Below are positions 23,675-37,796 of a stretch of DNA of 64,000 nt, piece by piece. The notes below the pieces were generated by a model. The model did no database searches, had not been told where the DNA came from, and saw only the letters and a program-made list of their open reading frames with translations. The stretch comes from Euglena gracilis (taxonomy: Eukaryota). The translations under genes and the position numbers were made by a program. Location: NCBI GenBank assembly GCA_039621445.1, contig CP154954.1, positions 17,080,589 to 17,144,588 of the forward strand, given 5' to 3'. The first letter of the stretch is position 1, and each line of letters begins with the position of its first letter.

Positions 23675-24719
23675 GTCGTCTGGGTGTTGTGGAGTTCCTG
23701 TCTGCCCAAGCAGCCCCCCCCCCCCCCCAGTTGGTAATAGGGCACGGCCAAAAGTGCCTGTGGGCACTGGGCTCAGGCACCTTTGGTGCCTTCAGCGCTG
23801 GAACCCCAGAAAAAGCCCATTTTGTGGTCCTTTTTTTTACCAGTCACCGATCCCCCCCCACAGTCACCCAGTCACTTCCTGGGGAGGTATTACACCCCGG
23901 GGTGGACCTGCCTGCCTAGGAACTCCAGGGTGCTCCGACCCCCCAGGTTGGTTCAATTCAGCCTGCCTGGAATACCTCCATCAGGGGCGGGGCCGTTTCG
24001 GCAGCGGGCGTCCAACCCTCACGCCGTGGCCGAGGGGTGGGTTCGGTGTTGGGGGTGGGCGTCAGCCCGGCCAGCCTCGTTCCGCCGCCCAACCGATCCA
24101 AACGCGGCGCGCCGGAACCTCCCCTGCCGTACCCCCACGTCGCCGCGTGGCCCTTTCCTTCTCCGTTCGGAGGCACTCACTAAGAGTCCCTTGGGTTCCG
24201 AAAGGATCTGCTTTCGTTGGCAGGCCGATGTGTCATAAATTTGTTGGTCAAAACCTGACTCCAAATTTACCCATAATACCTCAAAATTTTCTATTTTTGA
24301 CAAATTCTGTCAAAATTGGTCAAAATGTTTTTTTTTCAGGATGGTCATTAACATAACCTTTGTGAAGAAATATTTTTGGAGTTTGCAAAATCTCAACCTA
24401 TACCAACTTACACCTGCCTTTGGGAACCAAAAATGACAAAAATGACAAAAACGACAGTTTTTTTTCTTGTCATTGGTCAAAAATGTTTCAAAATAAGACC
24501 CACCCAAAAAAAAGCCTAGACGTTTCCTGAAACGAACCTTAGTTTGTAGCTTCCCTTGTCCTTGGGAATTGGGACATTGTCTCCTAAGCGCGTACTTGCT
24601 GACTTGTCAACTTCTGGGGGAGGGTAATTTTATGGGAGAAACATTTCCGTAAAATAAAATTCCCTCCTTCCACCCTGGCATCATCAAAACAACAGCGATA
24701 AACCACCACCCCTGACGAG

Positions 24720-25007
24720 CAGGGCGGTCCTTTTTTTTGTAAAGGATCGCCGCCCTTTAAGGACCGCCCTCATGCCCGAGGACCAACCAGCGGCTGGTCC
24801 AGGTGTCGAATGGAGCCAAATTCAAAAAGTTGAAAATGCATTTTTTTCCTTGCTTTGGGTGGACAGGATATGGTTCAAGGATGCCAGATCCCCACCCCCT
24901 CTGTCAGTCTGTTTTTGCCAAAAATGGCCTTTTTTTTGAAGATTTTCCGGTGGATTTGGGATTGAATGTCCCAGAACGCAAATTTGTTTTGCTTAAGGAC
25001 CGTCCTC
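24720..25007. mobile_element. MITE family E, degenerate copy
   Basis: Ends cagggcggtcctt / aaggaccgtcctc. Flanks ctgacgag / tttacgag (6/8). Confidence 0.55.
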
Positions 25008-25079
25008 TTTACGAGGAAACCCGGCGAGGAACACAATTCCAAAAATGGAGTAGTCCGCAACAGTCGGTCCGACGACCAC

Positions 25080-26012
<933 letters not shown>

Positions 26013-28186
26013 CCAAAGCTGTTCTCCAAAGGAACAGGCCGGCGGTTACCTTCCCACCTTTCAATATGCGGCCCTGGGACTGACGGTGAAGGACCCTCCG
26101 CAGTGTGGTAGCCATAGATTCACCTTCTTCACTTCACCCCTGTGTGCCCCCCCCCAGGAAGCTCGGTGGCCGCGCATCCAAGATCGGGAGGTGCGTTTGG
26201 ACTTCCAAAGGAACATGCCTAGCGGTTTTTTTTACCCTTACCACCTTTTTCAATATCGGCCCCTTGTGAACTGACGGTGCCATAGCTTCACCCACCCACC
26301 GCCTGTGTGCCCAGGACGTTCGGTGCCCCGACACGCATCGGGGAGGTGGTGCGTTTGGGACCCCCCCAGAAGCTGACCTGGCCCCGCCGGCCCAACGTCC
26401 CAGTTCGTCTCCTCTCAGCCAGTCTCGACCCGCGAAGGCCGAGGCGGCCCTGATAGATATGTTCGACTGGGTCGTGGCCGCCGGCCGCCCATCTCCAAGC
26501 CAGGTCCAACACGCCCAGGCCGGCGTTCCACGATGTGTGGGACTCAAACGAGCCCAAAAAGCCATCACCCTTGTCAGTGATGTGATTCAGTTGTCTCCGC
26601 CATTTGGGTTTCATTGCCCTCCCCTTTGGACCACTCCGACCACCCCCCCTCAGGCTCAGCTTCCCCTTGCATTTCCTTTCCACGGACCAGAAGGTGGGAA
26701 GACGCCCAAACGAGCCCCCCGCCCCTGCACCGGCATTTGCTTGTTCAGGTTGCCTAATGAGCTTCTGCCTGCTGGCACACTGCTTCACAGCGGTCCCATG
26801 GGGCCTGCCGACTCCCCCGGACCGACGGAGGCGGTGGCCTGCACGGTGCACAACCCGTATTCCTTCGGCGGTGCTCTGGCCCATTCGGAGTCGCCACCCA
26901 CGGCCCACGGTTTGCTTTGGGGGGTCTCTTGATCTCTCGAGGCGCGTCGCACCAACGATCCTTTCGGCCCAGCCCAGCTGTGCCAGCCTGGCCCCGACTT
27001 TTCTTTCGGTGGACCCACCCTCCCGGGGGGGGGGGGGTGTAGACCCACCCACGGGAACCACCCCAACCACACAAGGTGAGTGTATGTCCCTACAGCGCTG
27101 GAATTACACCAGAGTTGCTCACCACACACACACACAACACACACACACACACACACCCACTCACCACACAGCAAGCTGGGCCAGAAGCGAAGTTGGCGCC
27201 GGTCATAAACAGACAAGAAGCCTTAGTGCAACTAAGGGGGGGGCAGTCCGGCAGGGAAGCCACCCCTCCATTGAAAGCGCCGATGAGCAAAAGTCGGGCA
27301 CGGGAACGCACAACGCTTAAAACACCTGGCAGTGATTTTCATCCCTCTCGAAAGACAACGGAAATCAAACCAGAAATTTTTCTGAAGACCCTGGGGGGTC
27401 CATCCTGCTGGCACAACAACAACCACCCCCCCCAAACCACACAAGGTGAGTGTATGTCCCTACACACACTGGAAAATTACACCAGTTGCTTCCGGCAACC
27501 TGGCACAGCACGGGCCGGGCCCCGCACCGACTGGGTCGGGCCCGGGCCCGCACACTCCACCACCCATGGCGGCTTCCAGTTTGGCCAAATTTGACTGCCT
27601 TTTTTCAAATGATTGGGGATTTGGCCCCCAGAGGGAGGGGTCCGACCAGCCAGCACATTTTTATTTGGTTTGCCACTGGGGCGTAGCTTAAGAAAACCTG
27701 ACCCCACCCCAGCCAGCAGCCTTTTTCCAGCCTGGACCCCTTCCCCCCCTCAACGGGTTTATTTATTTCCAGCCGCCCGAACGGTGGCTAGACGGTGACG
27801 GATATTTCGCTTTCGGGGGAGCAAAAATGGGCAAAAATGGCCAAAGATGGACAAATGTGTGTTGGAAAAAGGGCTGGCCAGGGCAAATTTGGGTCAATTT
27901 TTTTCTATTTTTTTTTTGCATCCTTAGTAGCTTTAAAATAGTTGGACATTTTGCAGTTTCGATGTTTTGCTTCTGGGTTCGACCCGGGTCGGCGCAGATC
28001 CAGCCTGGGATCCCCAGGGGGGGGGGATGGGGTCAGCCAGCAACCTTTTTCCAGCCAGCCCAAATTTTACAGCCTCTGAGTTGGACCCCCCGGGAGGGGG
28101 GCCATTAAACAACGCCCTGTTTGCCACATCAAAAGCCCTCCATGGAGGGGTTTATTTGTGGTCAGTTGATTCTGGCCCCACCCCAC

Positions 28187-28266
28187 CTTCGATTTCCTGG
28201 CTGGGCCAGAGGACGCCTGCGACGGTCCGCAGCGTGTTGTCCAGCCAGGGATGCCAGAACGTGTTC
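28187..28266 (-). CDS. Candidate exon of an unknown minus-strand gene
   Basis: gtcag|G..GAAG|gtgggg; NTFWHPWLDNTLRTVAGVLWPSQEIE; strongly GC3-biased codons. Confidence 0.5.
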
Positions 28267-29513
28267 CTGACTCCCCTTCTCGGAGGGCAAGGTGGGGGTT
28301 GGTTCAGACCCCCGGATATTGGGAAGACCAGCTGCAAGTTTTCTTTGGGACCCTGTGTGCTGGAGATGTCAAAAAAACCTATAAATGCATCCTTTTACAT
28401 GCAAAGCGGGACATGCTCGTGTTTTTCCACGTGCCTTGCATTCTTTCATTTTGAACGCACATTTTGTGATTTTTTTGTCTACCCACTCCAGGGGTCTTCA
28501 AAAGGAGCCTGGTCTAGTTCTAGCCCCGAACCCATGGGAGGGTGTCCAGCCACATTTAAAACCCGGAGAAAAAACCCCTGCACAACCCCCCAAAAACACA
28601 CTTTTACAAATCCCCCCCAACCTTTTTGGCCTCTCCCCCTCCCCCCCCTCAAAGGTTTCCCACCCCTCGGAACCAACAAAAACCCCCACTCAATCCCCCA
28701 AAATTAGAACCAGAAATCGAACCTAAATGCCATTTTTTGCTATTTTTTCATTATTTTTCCCCCTTCACATTTTTTTTTACCCATGCGCTTAAAACCTGAA
28801 CCCCCCCCCCAGCCAGCATTTTCCCACCCTGGACCCTCTCCCCCCGCCCCCGGGCTGGCAAACCTTCCAGCAGCCCAAAATTTACAGCAATCTGGGCAAA
28901 CCCCAAGGGGGGGTGGCAAAAAATCAATTTTTTTGCACATTTAAAAAGTTGGACATTTTGCAGTTTTTTTTGCTTCTTCGAGGGTCCCAATCCCCATATG
29001 ATCAGCCTTTCCCCCCATTTTCCCCACCCCCCATTAAACAACGCCCTGTTGCCACATCAAAAGCCCTCGGATTTATTCTGGCCCCACCCCACCTTCGATT
29101 TCAGGGGTGCCTTTCCCCACCCAGAGGGTTCCTGACTCCCCTTCTCGGAAAGGGGGGTTGGTTCAGACCCCCCTGCAAGTAGCTGCAAGTTTTCTTTGTA
29201 AACCCTGTCCCCTATAAATGCATCTTACATGCAAAAACCACTTTTTTTATTTTGTTTTTTTTTTGAACGCACATTTTGTGATTTTTTTGTCTACCCACCC
29301 TCGGGTCTTCAAAAGGCCTAGTTCTAGCCAGTTCAAATTTTCTAGCCTCTGAGCTGAACCCCCCCCCCCCCCAGGTGGGTAAGGAAAACGCTGGTTGGGG
29401 ATATTGATATTTCAATGGAAAATGTGGTGTGGAAAGCTTTGGAATGAGCGGTTGTTTTCAGGAACTCAAAGCAGTCGGACAAGCCAGCCGAAACAGTTTC
29501 CTTGTCGAATGGG

Positions 29514-29544
<31 letters not shown>

Positions 29545-29923
29545 TTCCTGCGTTTGAAGGTTGGTCTGACCCCCCCCCCCCTCCTCTGGGCTTCTCACAC
29601 ATCCCTGGGTCTGGCTGACCTCTTGACCGAGGCCAAGGGCCTGACACTGCATTGTATTGCCCCCCCCCCCCCTGGCGTAGCATGCCTCAATGGGACAGTA
29701 ACAACGACTATCAGTGTGCCACTGCAGTTCGTTGGGGGGAGGTGGGGGGGGGGGCTGGGATATGTCTTTTCCTTCGCAATGTTGTGCAACCTTTTGAGTA
29801 ATTTTTGGGCTGGTCAAGGTCCAACAGTTCCCCATTCTGCAGCCAAGCCATTCCGGGGCATGAGCCGATGGGGCCGGGGACATTGTTGTTTTGATGAGAA
29901 TGCTATGGCGGAAAATATGACAC

Positions 29924-29970
29924 CGAAAATGCGAGCCCGTCCATAGCGCATCCGATGGTCCTTCTCCTGC
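29924..29970 (-). CDS. Candidate exon of an unknown minus-strand gene
   Basis: tag|G QEKDHRMRYGRARIF G|gtgtc. Start phase is compatible with 31239-31310; the donor is uncertain. Confidence 0.3.
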
Positions 29971-30401
29971 CTACCTGTCCATAGCACACTCATGATGCAC
30001 TCTTTTAAAGAAGCCTGCTTTCCCTGAGCTGCCCCCTTCCACCTCCGCGATTAAGGCCTCCCAGGCAGGCTGTTTTTGGCAGGGGGGGGGAGAGGTTTCC
30101 TGAACTGGCAGCAGAAGGAGCAAACTGCATAAAAACGGGTACGAAAAACCAGCACTTCAAAAGAATGCATAGGAAACGAGACAAATCCAAAACTGCGAAA
30201 ATTTAAATGCCTGGCAACCGAATGCTGGACAGTTTCCCCCTCCTTGCAGGTAGGCTTTTTCTCCCTCCCGGGGGGGAGTCAGGGGCAGGCAAAAGGAAGT
30301 TCGCACCACCCTCCCCCTGGGGGTGATGTGGGCAGGCCAGGGGGGGGGCACTTTTGACCCCCGGGGGGGGGTTGGGTTGGGTTGTGGGGTGGGGTTGTGA
30401 G

Positions 30402-30862
30402 CAGGGTTTGATAAAAGGAGGGCGTACATGGTTTAGGTGGGGGGTGTCCCCCCCACCCCCCCACCCCTCCGGGCGTGCGGGGGGGGGGTCCGGACCATCC
30501 CCCCCCACCTGCCAGGGGGGTCCGGATCGACCCTGGGGGGGGGGTACCCGGCCCCCCCCAAAAGGGTCAATTTTTTCCTCCGGCGCTTTGCGCCGAATTT
30601 TTTTTTTGCATTTTGGCAAATTTTGGCCCCAAAAAGTGCCCAAAATGGCACTTTTGGTCGTTTTGGGGGGGTCAAAAATTTCCGGCCCGGCGCAAAGCGC
30701 CGGGCCGAAATTCGGTCCCTGGTCCGAAATTCGGTCAGTGGCGCGGTCACCCGGACCGCGCCACTGTTTAGGTGGGGGGGTGTCCCCCACCCCACCCCCC
30801 CCCCCCTCCCGGCCCGCAGGGGGGTCCGGACCCCCCCTCACCTGTCCTTATATCAAACCCTG
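30402..30862. mobile_element. hAT-like MITE family A
   Basis: TIR cagggtttgataaaagga / tccttatatcaaaccctg. Perfect 8-bp TSD gttgtgag. Second copy at 50062. Confidence 0.9.
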
Positions 30863-31238
30863 GTTGTGAGGTAGGCCTTGGGCAGCGCGATGGCACACCG
30901 CCCGCCTTCGGCACTGGGCCCCCAAAAGGCCAGTTTCAAGGGAAATCTGGCTTGGTCAGCAAGCATTGGGATCCTGTGGGGGGATGCCTGCTGTGGGCAG
31001 GCATCCCATAGCACAAGGCACCTCAGGTTTTTTTGTTGTTGAAAAAAGCATGGTTGGCGGTCTGGAATGGTATGCCAGAGGTAGGTGGTGTGAGGACCCT
31101 GTGGATTTCTCATCGGCTAACGAGTAATAGTACAAATGTGCATATTTGGGACCGCTTGGAGGGTGAGGTGAGGTGAGGTGAGGGTGCTTGGGTTCGATTG
31201 GAGGCGGGGGAGGGGGGGCCGGTGTGCGGCAAGCCCAC

Positions 31239-31310
31239 GTGGAGATGCGGCGGCGAAAGCCTCGAAAAGTGAACATCATGTACTTAATGGTCGTTGGTGG
31301 AAACACATAC
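31239..31310 (-). CDS. Candidate exon of an unknown minus-strand gene
   Basis: ttgcag|G YVFPPTTIKYMMFTFRGFRRRIS AC|gtgggc. Phase-compatible with 32039-32100. Confidence 0.4.
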
Positions 31311-32038
31311 CTGCAATATGGGCATGTGCCTGGGCATGGGGCTTCCATTAGGGGATGCGCTTGAACTGCACAACCGTTGGAGCTGATTGCACCATTCGAA
31401 CGCTGCACGCGAGTGTGCTGCTGCATGCCCACACGTCTGCACTTGCGTCCTCAGCCCAGGACAAACGCGTTCACTCATCCATTTGCCTGCCACACATGGG
31501 ACCACAAATCCTGTCTGTCTGGCACCACACATCCTGTCCGCTGCGGGGGGCCCCGGGGCTATGGGCGACGACCAGGGTTGTACCGGAATGCCCAAACCCC
31601 CAACCCCCCCCAAAAATAAGACCCTGGGTAGACTTTTTGGCGTCGGCGGGGGGGGTCTTATTTGGGGGGGGTCTCATTTTTGTGGGGGTTATGGGTGGCG
31701 GTGGGGGGTCGACCCTCCCCATCCTGGTCGGGGGTCTGACCCCCCCCCCCCAATTTCCGGGAGCGCCGATTTTCTGGTCAAAATTTTCCTTGAGCGGGTG
31801 CTGTGTGGTGGCTGGGGGGGGGTTGATCCCCCTACCTCCTGGGTGGAGATCCCCCCCACCAGACTTTCCTGTGCAGCCCTGGCACTGTCTAACGCCATCC
31901 CTGTCCCTCCTGGAGAATGGTTTGCGGGCCACCCATAAGCCTCTGTGCTCCGACTCGCTGCACCCAGCCTGAGCCTCCTGTGGGGCTGACATCCATCCAG
32001 TCTCCGTCGTGCTCTTGTTAGGGGTGGGTTCCAAGCAC

Positions 32039-32100
32039 CTTCGATGCTGCAGAAGGCGATACAGGGCGTTGCAGGATTTATGGAGGCCATAGATAGGCTT
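32039..32100 (-). CDS. Candidate exon of an unknown minus-strand gene
   Basis: caatag|KPIYGLHKSCNALYRLLQHR AG|gtgc. Confidence 0.4.
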
Positions 32101-32709
32101 CTATTGTTGAATATTTTCACACTTTTGGTCATTATTGGCCATTCTTCCTATTTATTTGCCAGGTTTGGCTGCTTTGGTCGCTTTCCCCCCCTTCGGCACA
32201 TTTTTGGACATTTTCTTTGATATTTTGACTTAGCATTTTTTTGGCCATTTTGGCTGCTTTTAGCCACTTTTGACGAATTTTGGTCATTTTTGGCTGTTTT
32301 TTTTTTCCCTGTCATTTTGGGCCATTGTTGCCCAGCTTTGACCAGTTTGGCTGCTTTTGGCTGCTTTTGACTGCTTTTTTTATGCTCTTTTTTGGTAATT
32401 TTTTTTGGTCACTTTTGGTCATATTTTGCCATTTTTTTTTAGCAGCGTTTGATATGCTTGCCTCCCAAAGAAGCCAAGATTGGGCTCAGAGTGTCAAATT
32501 CGCACAGAAGCAGCCAAAGGCAGCCCAAAAGCAGCCAAAGGCAGCCTAAACGCAAACAAAACTGGCCAAAAAAATGGGACAAAAGCTGAAAGGACCATTG
32601 AGGCCCTCAAACACCATTGAGGCTGATGGCGGGCGATGTGGACGGGATCGGGAGACAAAAGGGTGGTCGATCATGGATGTTCGGTGGGTCCTCTCTTCTT
32701 TTGCTCAAA

Positions 32710-33163
32710 AAAAAAATGCAAAAAAATGCAAAAAAAAGAAAAAATGCAACTTGCATATACCCCTGAGAAAAGGCTCGAATGTAGCAGAGTTTTGCTGCCT
32801 AAAATCCGTAAACATGTGACAATGCCGGTGCACCTGTCAATGATTCACAAAGAAGACCTCCTGGAAGACAACGGAAGCACTGAAGCTTTGAAAATCAACC
32901 TGAATGGCACCTGCACGTTCATTCTAAGCAAATCGTCCCTCCAGGTCACCATTGAACATCAATAAAGCGGACATTTAGGACATTTACGAAAATGGAGAGC
33001 ATACCTGATGCTAGGAATGCAGCACAAAAGTCCTTTTTTTTGCATAACATTTTTCCAGGGCAAAAAAAATTAAGCAAAAAATGCAAAAAAAATGCAAATT
33101 TCAAAAAAATCTGATTATGCAAAAAAATGCAAAGTATGCCAGTTGCATATTCCCCCCACCCCT
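32710..33163. mobile_element. MITE family D (tgcaaaaaaa-rich), interrupted copy
   Basis: Reverse-orientation similarity to 48291-48740. Ends agttgcatattcccccacccctg. About 190 bp of unrelated sequence at ~32818-33010. Confidence 0.6.
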
Positions 33164-36100
33164 GCGGCCGGGCTGGACCCAACTTTATTTCACTTGACCC
33201 GCTGGGGGGGGAGGCTCCCAGCCCGAATTTGGGCTGCTGGCTGGATTTGAGCAGGGGCAGGGAGATATTCTGGTCCGGAATAAACCGGAATAAACTGGAC
33301 TAGCGAAAACCGGAATAAGCCAGAAAAAACCGGAATAAACGGAATAAAAGTGCCAGCCAATAGGTTGAAAATTCTGCAAGACACAAAGGCAATGAAGGTG
33401 AAGTTTGATATATTTTCAGGTTTCAAAATCACAAGAGCAACAAAGAGCGCAAGTAGCACAATTGGCACTTGATATCAGGAGCACACCTTTACTTTGCCTA
33501 TTTCTTTCCCTGGTTGAATGCATTCTTTGTTTGGATTTTATCCCCACTTCTGGGGCTGCACTTAGTGAACGTTTGTCCCTGAGTTTTTTCTAAAGGGGCA
33601 TGGACTAGGACAATATCAACGCTGATTTTTGGGGGCAGGGATCCCATTGGCCAAAGCTAATCGTCCTTCAATCAGGGGGTAATAACACTTAGGCGGCCTA
33701 ACTTGCACTTAAGGTTTTGATTTTTGCATTGTGCTTAAGGGCAACGTTGCATTCTTTTTGAAGCCGGATGGTGAAACCCACCCTTTTGGCCCTCTGGTTC
33801 TGTGGGGACCCTCCACGGTGGCACATGCATCATTTGCTGATGTTGGGACCCAGGGAACAGCCACAACCTTGGTGTTTTTCCGCCTGTGCACCAGGTTAAA
33901 AAAGGTTCAAACCCCTGGGTTTGAACACCAGGACACGTGAATTTTCCCAAAAAGGGCCAACACTCCATTGTGTCTCCCTCATTTTTGAAGCCTTGACTGT
34001 GTTCCCCAGATGGTGCTACACAGGTTAGTTGACTTTTTGGCCCGTTTTGTTGCTTTTTAGGCTCTGCGATCTGTCCGTGAAGGTTTGCCTGCTGAGGTGT
34101 CCGCTTCGGCGGATGCGCAATGAAAACACATGTTGACGCATATGTTGTTGTTATTGTGCAAGTGCGCAATGATCCCCCACATTCAGAATTACAAAGAAAC
34201 ATCGCGCCAAAGCGCAATGTGTTTTTTTTGGAATGAAAAAAATTGTTGCGCTATGGCGCAACTGTGCAATGGTGTTCCCTCGTTTCATTACCCGGTGCTT
34301 TGGGGTCATGCACACTGGGCCCGGGGAGCGCTGTGCCCGTGCACCGTACAGTTCCAAGTTGTTACTTTTGTCCCCAGGCCCTGGGGGGGGGGGTGGTAGG
34401 AAGACACTAATTTGGATTGTCCTGAACCTCAGGCCTCGGTGTTCGAAAAGCGCGTCGGCGCAATTTTACACTTTCAAAGCTAAGTGCGAGTTAGGCCGCC
34501 CAAGACATTCGGTGAGACAATTTTTGGGAAGAAAAAAGACAGCGGTCTCAGGGACCCGCCTCAAGAGAAAAACCCTGGCACCAATTTTCATCGGCTTTTT
34601 TCCCAAAAAGGCCGCGGTCTGCTGTGGTGTGCAGACCCGCATCACCAAGTGCTAAGTGACGGGTGAACGCCTCGGCCCAATTGCACTTCAAAAAAATCCT
34701 GGGTCCATTCAGACAGAAATTGACCGGAATAAACCGGAATAAATTCCGGAATAAACCGGAATAAAACCCCGGAATAAAATCTTCGGCCGACCAGAATATC
34801 TCCCTGCCCCTGCTTTGAGCTGCTGGCTGGCTGGAGGTGAGCTGGGCAGCCCACTTGGCTGGCCAGCCTGCATCCGGCTGGCCCCCGGCCGGCAGGCAGG
34901 GGGGGGGATATGCAATTTGGCCCTTCAAATTATGCAAGTGCTAAAGAACATCCAATTTTCCAAGGGCTGTATAAGGATCCCCAAAACCCAATGGATGATG
35001 AATGGTCGACACCCCCCCCCCCATCCCGGTGGTTGGGTTTCCCATCCCCACCAGGCCTTCCTGTATTCAGCTGGTGCCGATGTTTGGTCAGTTCGATTCG
35101 AGGTTCTTTCAGCGCCTGGAGCGCCTGGTTTTCTTCTGGTCCATGGCGGGTGGGGGGTCGCCCCCCCCCCCCACCCTCTCCATCCCCCCCCCCCCCCGTC
35201 GTTGGCACACGTGTCGCTGGCATGCAGGGGTTTTCTTAAGCCGGAGGGTACCCCATCCCCGGGGGGGGGGTCATCCCTGCATTTTCCCCCCTCATCACAC
35301 CTTCCTCCATCACAGCCCCCCAGCCTTGATCTAGCTCCATCCATCAAAATGTCGAGAAGGCAAAAATGTTTTAGAATTTTTTGTCATCGACCCAGCCAAG
35401 CCCAGCCCCCTCCAGCCCCGGACCCCCCCCCCCCTATCCCCCGGAGGGGGGTCCAGCCTGCAGCTCATTTCCAGCCAGCAGCCTTTTTGCTGGACCACCC
35501 TGGGGGGTCCCTAAGAAAACCCCTGTTGGCATGCCCCCGTGTTAATGGAACTTTCCTGGAACATTTATTTTTATTATTCATTATTTATATTACAAAACTA
35601 ATTTTTTTTTTGCGCTGGCCATAGTTTCTAAGGAAATTCAGCCAAGAGATCTTCTTCCCAGCCGTTGGCCTCAAATTTCAAAGTTTTCCCTTTGAATTCA
35701 GTGATTTGGTGCAGTATGAGAGGCTAATGGTATAATTGGAGGCCAATCGTTGCTGGCACTGTCAGTTTTTTTCCCCCATAGTACTGTGTCGTCACACCCC
35801 CCTTCCCGTATCAACGGCACTTTCCTTGAACAGTGGCGTGTCAAACGACAAGGGGGGGGGAGGTAATGTTTCCCATGTAGCTTCCGTCCCCAAGCAATTT
35901 CATCTCTTGAGAACTTAACCTCCAGCCTGTCATCACCAATTGGCCGAGAAATTACCGCGAAAACATTTCCTGCTGCTTTTTTGGGAATTCATATATTTGC
36001 ATATATTTGATGGACTCCTCATGCAAAAAAAAATCGGAAAACCACACAATTTCCACCTTTCGAGGAAATGCAATAGTTTGTTCTCTTTGCTGGTGCGCCT

Positions 36101-36300
36101 TGGCAGAGCTAGCGGTGCAGCTGCGTCGGACAGGGGCCTACCCGTGTGCACAATATCACAGATATCAAATTTCAAACGAACCCCACCCTTTCAAAACGAC
36201 TGTTTGATTTATCCCCAACACTGCAGAAGTTGTTTGAGCATTTTTGAACTTGTTGTTGTTGAAGTTGTTTGAGCATTTTTGGAACGTGTGGCGTGTCGAC

Positions 36301-36384
36301 CCTGCTGCCCAAGGGGATGCCTCCCGGGTAACTCTGCGATAACTCTCTTGACGGCTTGGACCCCACTGAGGACCGAGGACCACT
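36301..36384 (-). CDS. Candidate exon of an unknown minus-strand gene
   Basis: ttctctctcag|AG WSSVLSGVQAVKRVIAELPGRHPLGQQ G|gtcgac. Phase-compatible with 36620-36695. Confidence 0.35.
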
Positions 36385-36619
36385 CTGAGAGAGAACCCCC
36401 TCCACCCCTGGGCCGAGTGACGCTGTTTTTAAGAACGCCCCCCCCCCCCCCATTGGCTCGCTGGCCTTCTGGGTGGTTGGAGCCAACACAGCCCCCGAGT
36501 CAGTTTGGCTGAGGACCTTGAGACGGGGAGGGGGGGTGGGTTTGACTGACTCCGCTTAGGTTTTTTGGGAAAGCGATTTCGAAGCCTCAGAGCCATTGGC
36601 TGCTCAGGGTCATGCCAAC

Positions 36620-36695
36620 CTTCCGTCTTCGATGCCTCCTTGAAGACGATCCAGGGGCGACCCGAGAGCGGCTTGGGCACTGGACCAGCTTTTTG
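36620..36695 (-). CDS. Candidate exon of an unknown minus-strand gene
   Basis: ctaacag|QKAGPVPKPLSGRPWIVFKEASKTE G|gttggc. Confidence 0.35.
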
Positions 36696-37206
36696 CTGTT
36701 AGACTGCTCCAGCGTAAAATTTTTTTGAGCTTTGGTTGGATGGACAATGTTCCAAGAATGTCAGAAATCAAAAATCAGAAATATTCCCCCCCCCCCGGGA
36801 AAGTTCTGCCAGTTCAAGTTTTTAGGGCGTTTTAAGACATTTAAGGTCTTATAAGGTGCTTTAAAAAATCCCAGTCTGGGAAGGGGGTTCTTGTGGACAG
36901 GATTTTTTTCCTCACTAAGTACCACCCTTTGACCTGAGGGCCGGCCAATGGCTGGTAAAGGAGTTTGAACGGGATCAAAAATCACAAAGCCAAAAAGCGC
37001 ATTTTTTGAAGGTTTGGGTGCATCTGCGATGCTCCAAGGATGCCAGAAATCGCCTTTTCCTCCGAAGTCGAGCTCTCCCCCCCAAAAAAATGTGGTGATG
37101 GTTTTGCGATAATTCCCGCCATTTTCTTCTCTGTTTTCCATTGGATATTTGGTTTTTTTCCCCTGAAGAGGATCAGTCCTGGGCAGGCTTTTTTTTAAGG
37201 TGGGGG

Positions 37207-37470
37207 GGTGCCTGCCTGGGCAGGCACTCCAAGGCACAAAAATCAACCCCCCCGGGGGGGGGGTAGGGCACACGTCCAAAAGTGCCCTAGCACAGACCCG
37301 GTGCCGAAGGCGCCAGGGAGCCAAAAATGGCCTATTTTCAAAGGAATGTGCCTGGGCACAGCCGAAATCCGACCCCCCCCCCCCGACATCCGACCTGGGG
37401 TAGTGCCTGCCTGGGCAGGCACTCATAGGCACTCCGGACCCCCCCCCCCTCCCCCCGGGGTTGGTAAAGA
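37207..37470. mobile_element. Dispersed repeat family C (uninterrupted copy)
   Basis: gcctgggcaggcactccaaggcac..tagggcaca..ccaaaaatggcctattttcaaagga..gtgcctgggcacag. The same sequence is split by an insertion at 51745-52998. Confidence 0.7.
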
Positions 37471-37760
37471 ACGGCCTGGTCCTGGGGTGGTGGAGGAAAG
37501 TGGTAGGAGGGGGAGCTGGTTGTTGGGTCGTGTGGCTGTCAAAGTCGGCTGGTGTGTAACTGGAGGCCCCACCGACCTTTGCCCCTGCCGTCTTGTCCTC
37601 TGGCTTTTTGCCTAGTGGTCGGCGGTCCTGTTGGTGGCTGGGATGGTCGGACCGGGGATTTTTCAAAGTTTGTGGGGGGGGGTGGGGAAGGTTTGGTTGG
37701 TGGGTGGTCCCTTTTTGTCTATGTGTGTTTGTGGTGTCCCTTTCTGTCTATTTGTGCGCA

Positions 37761-37796
<36 letters not shown>

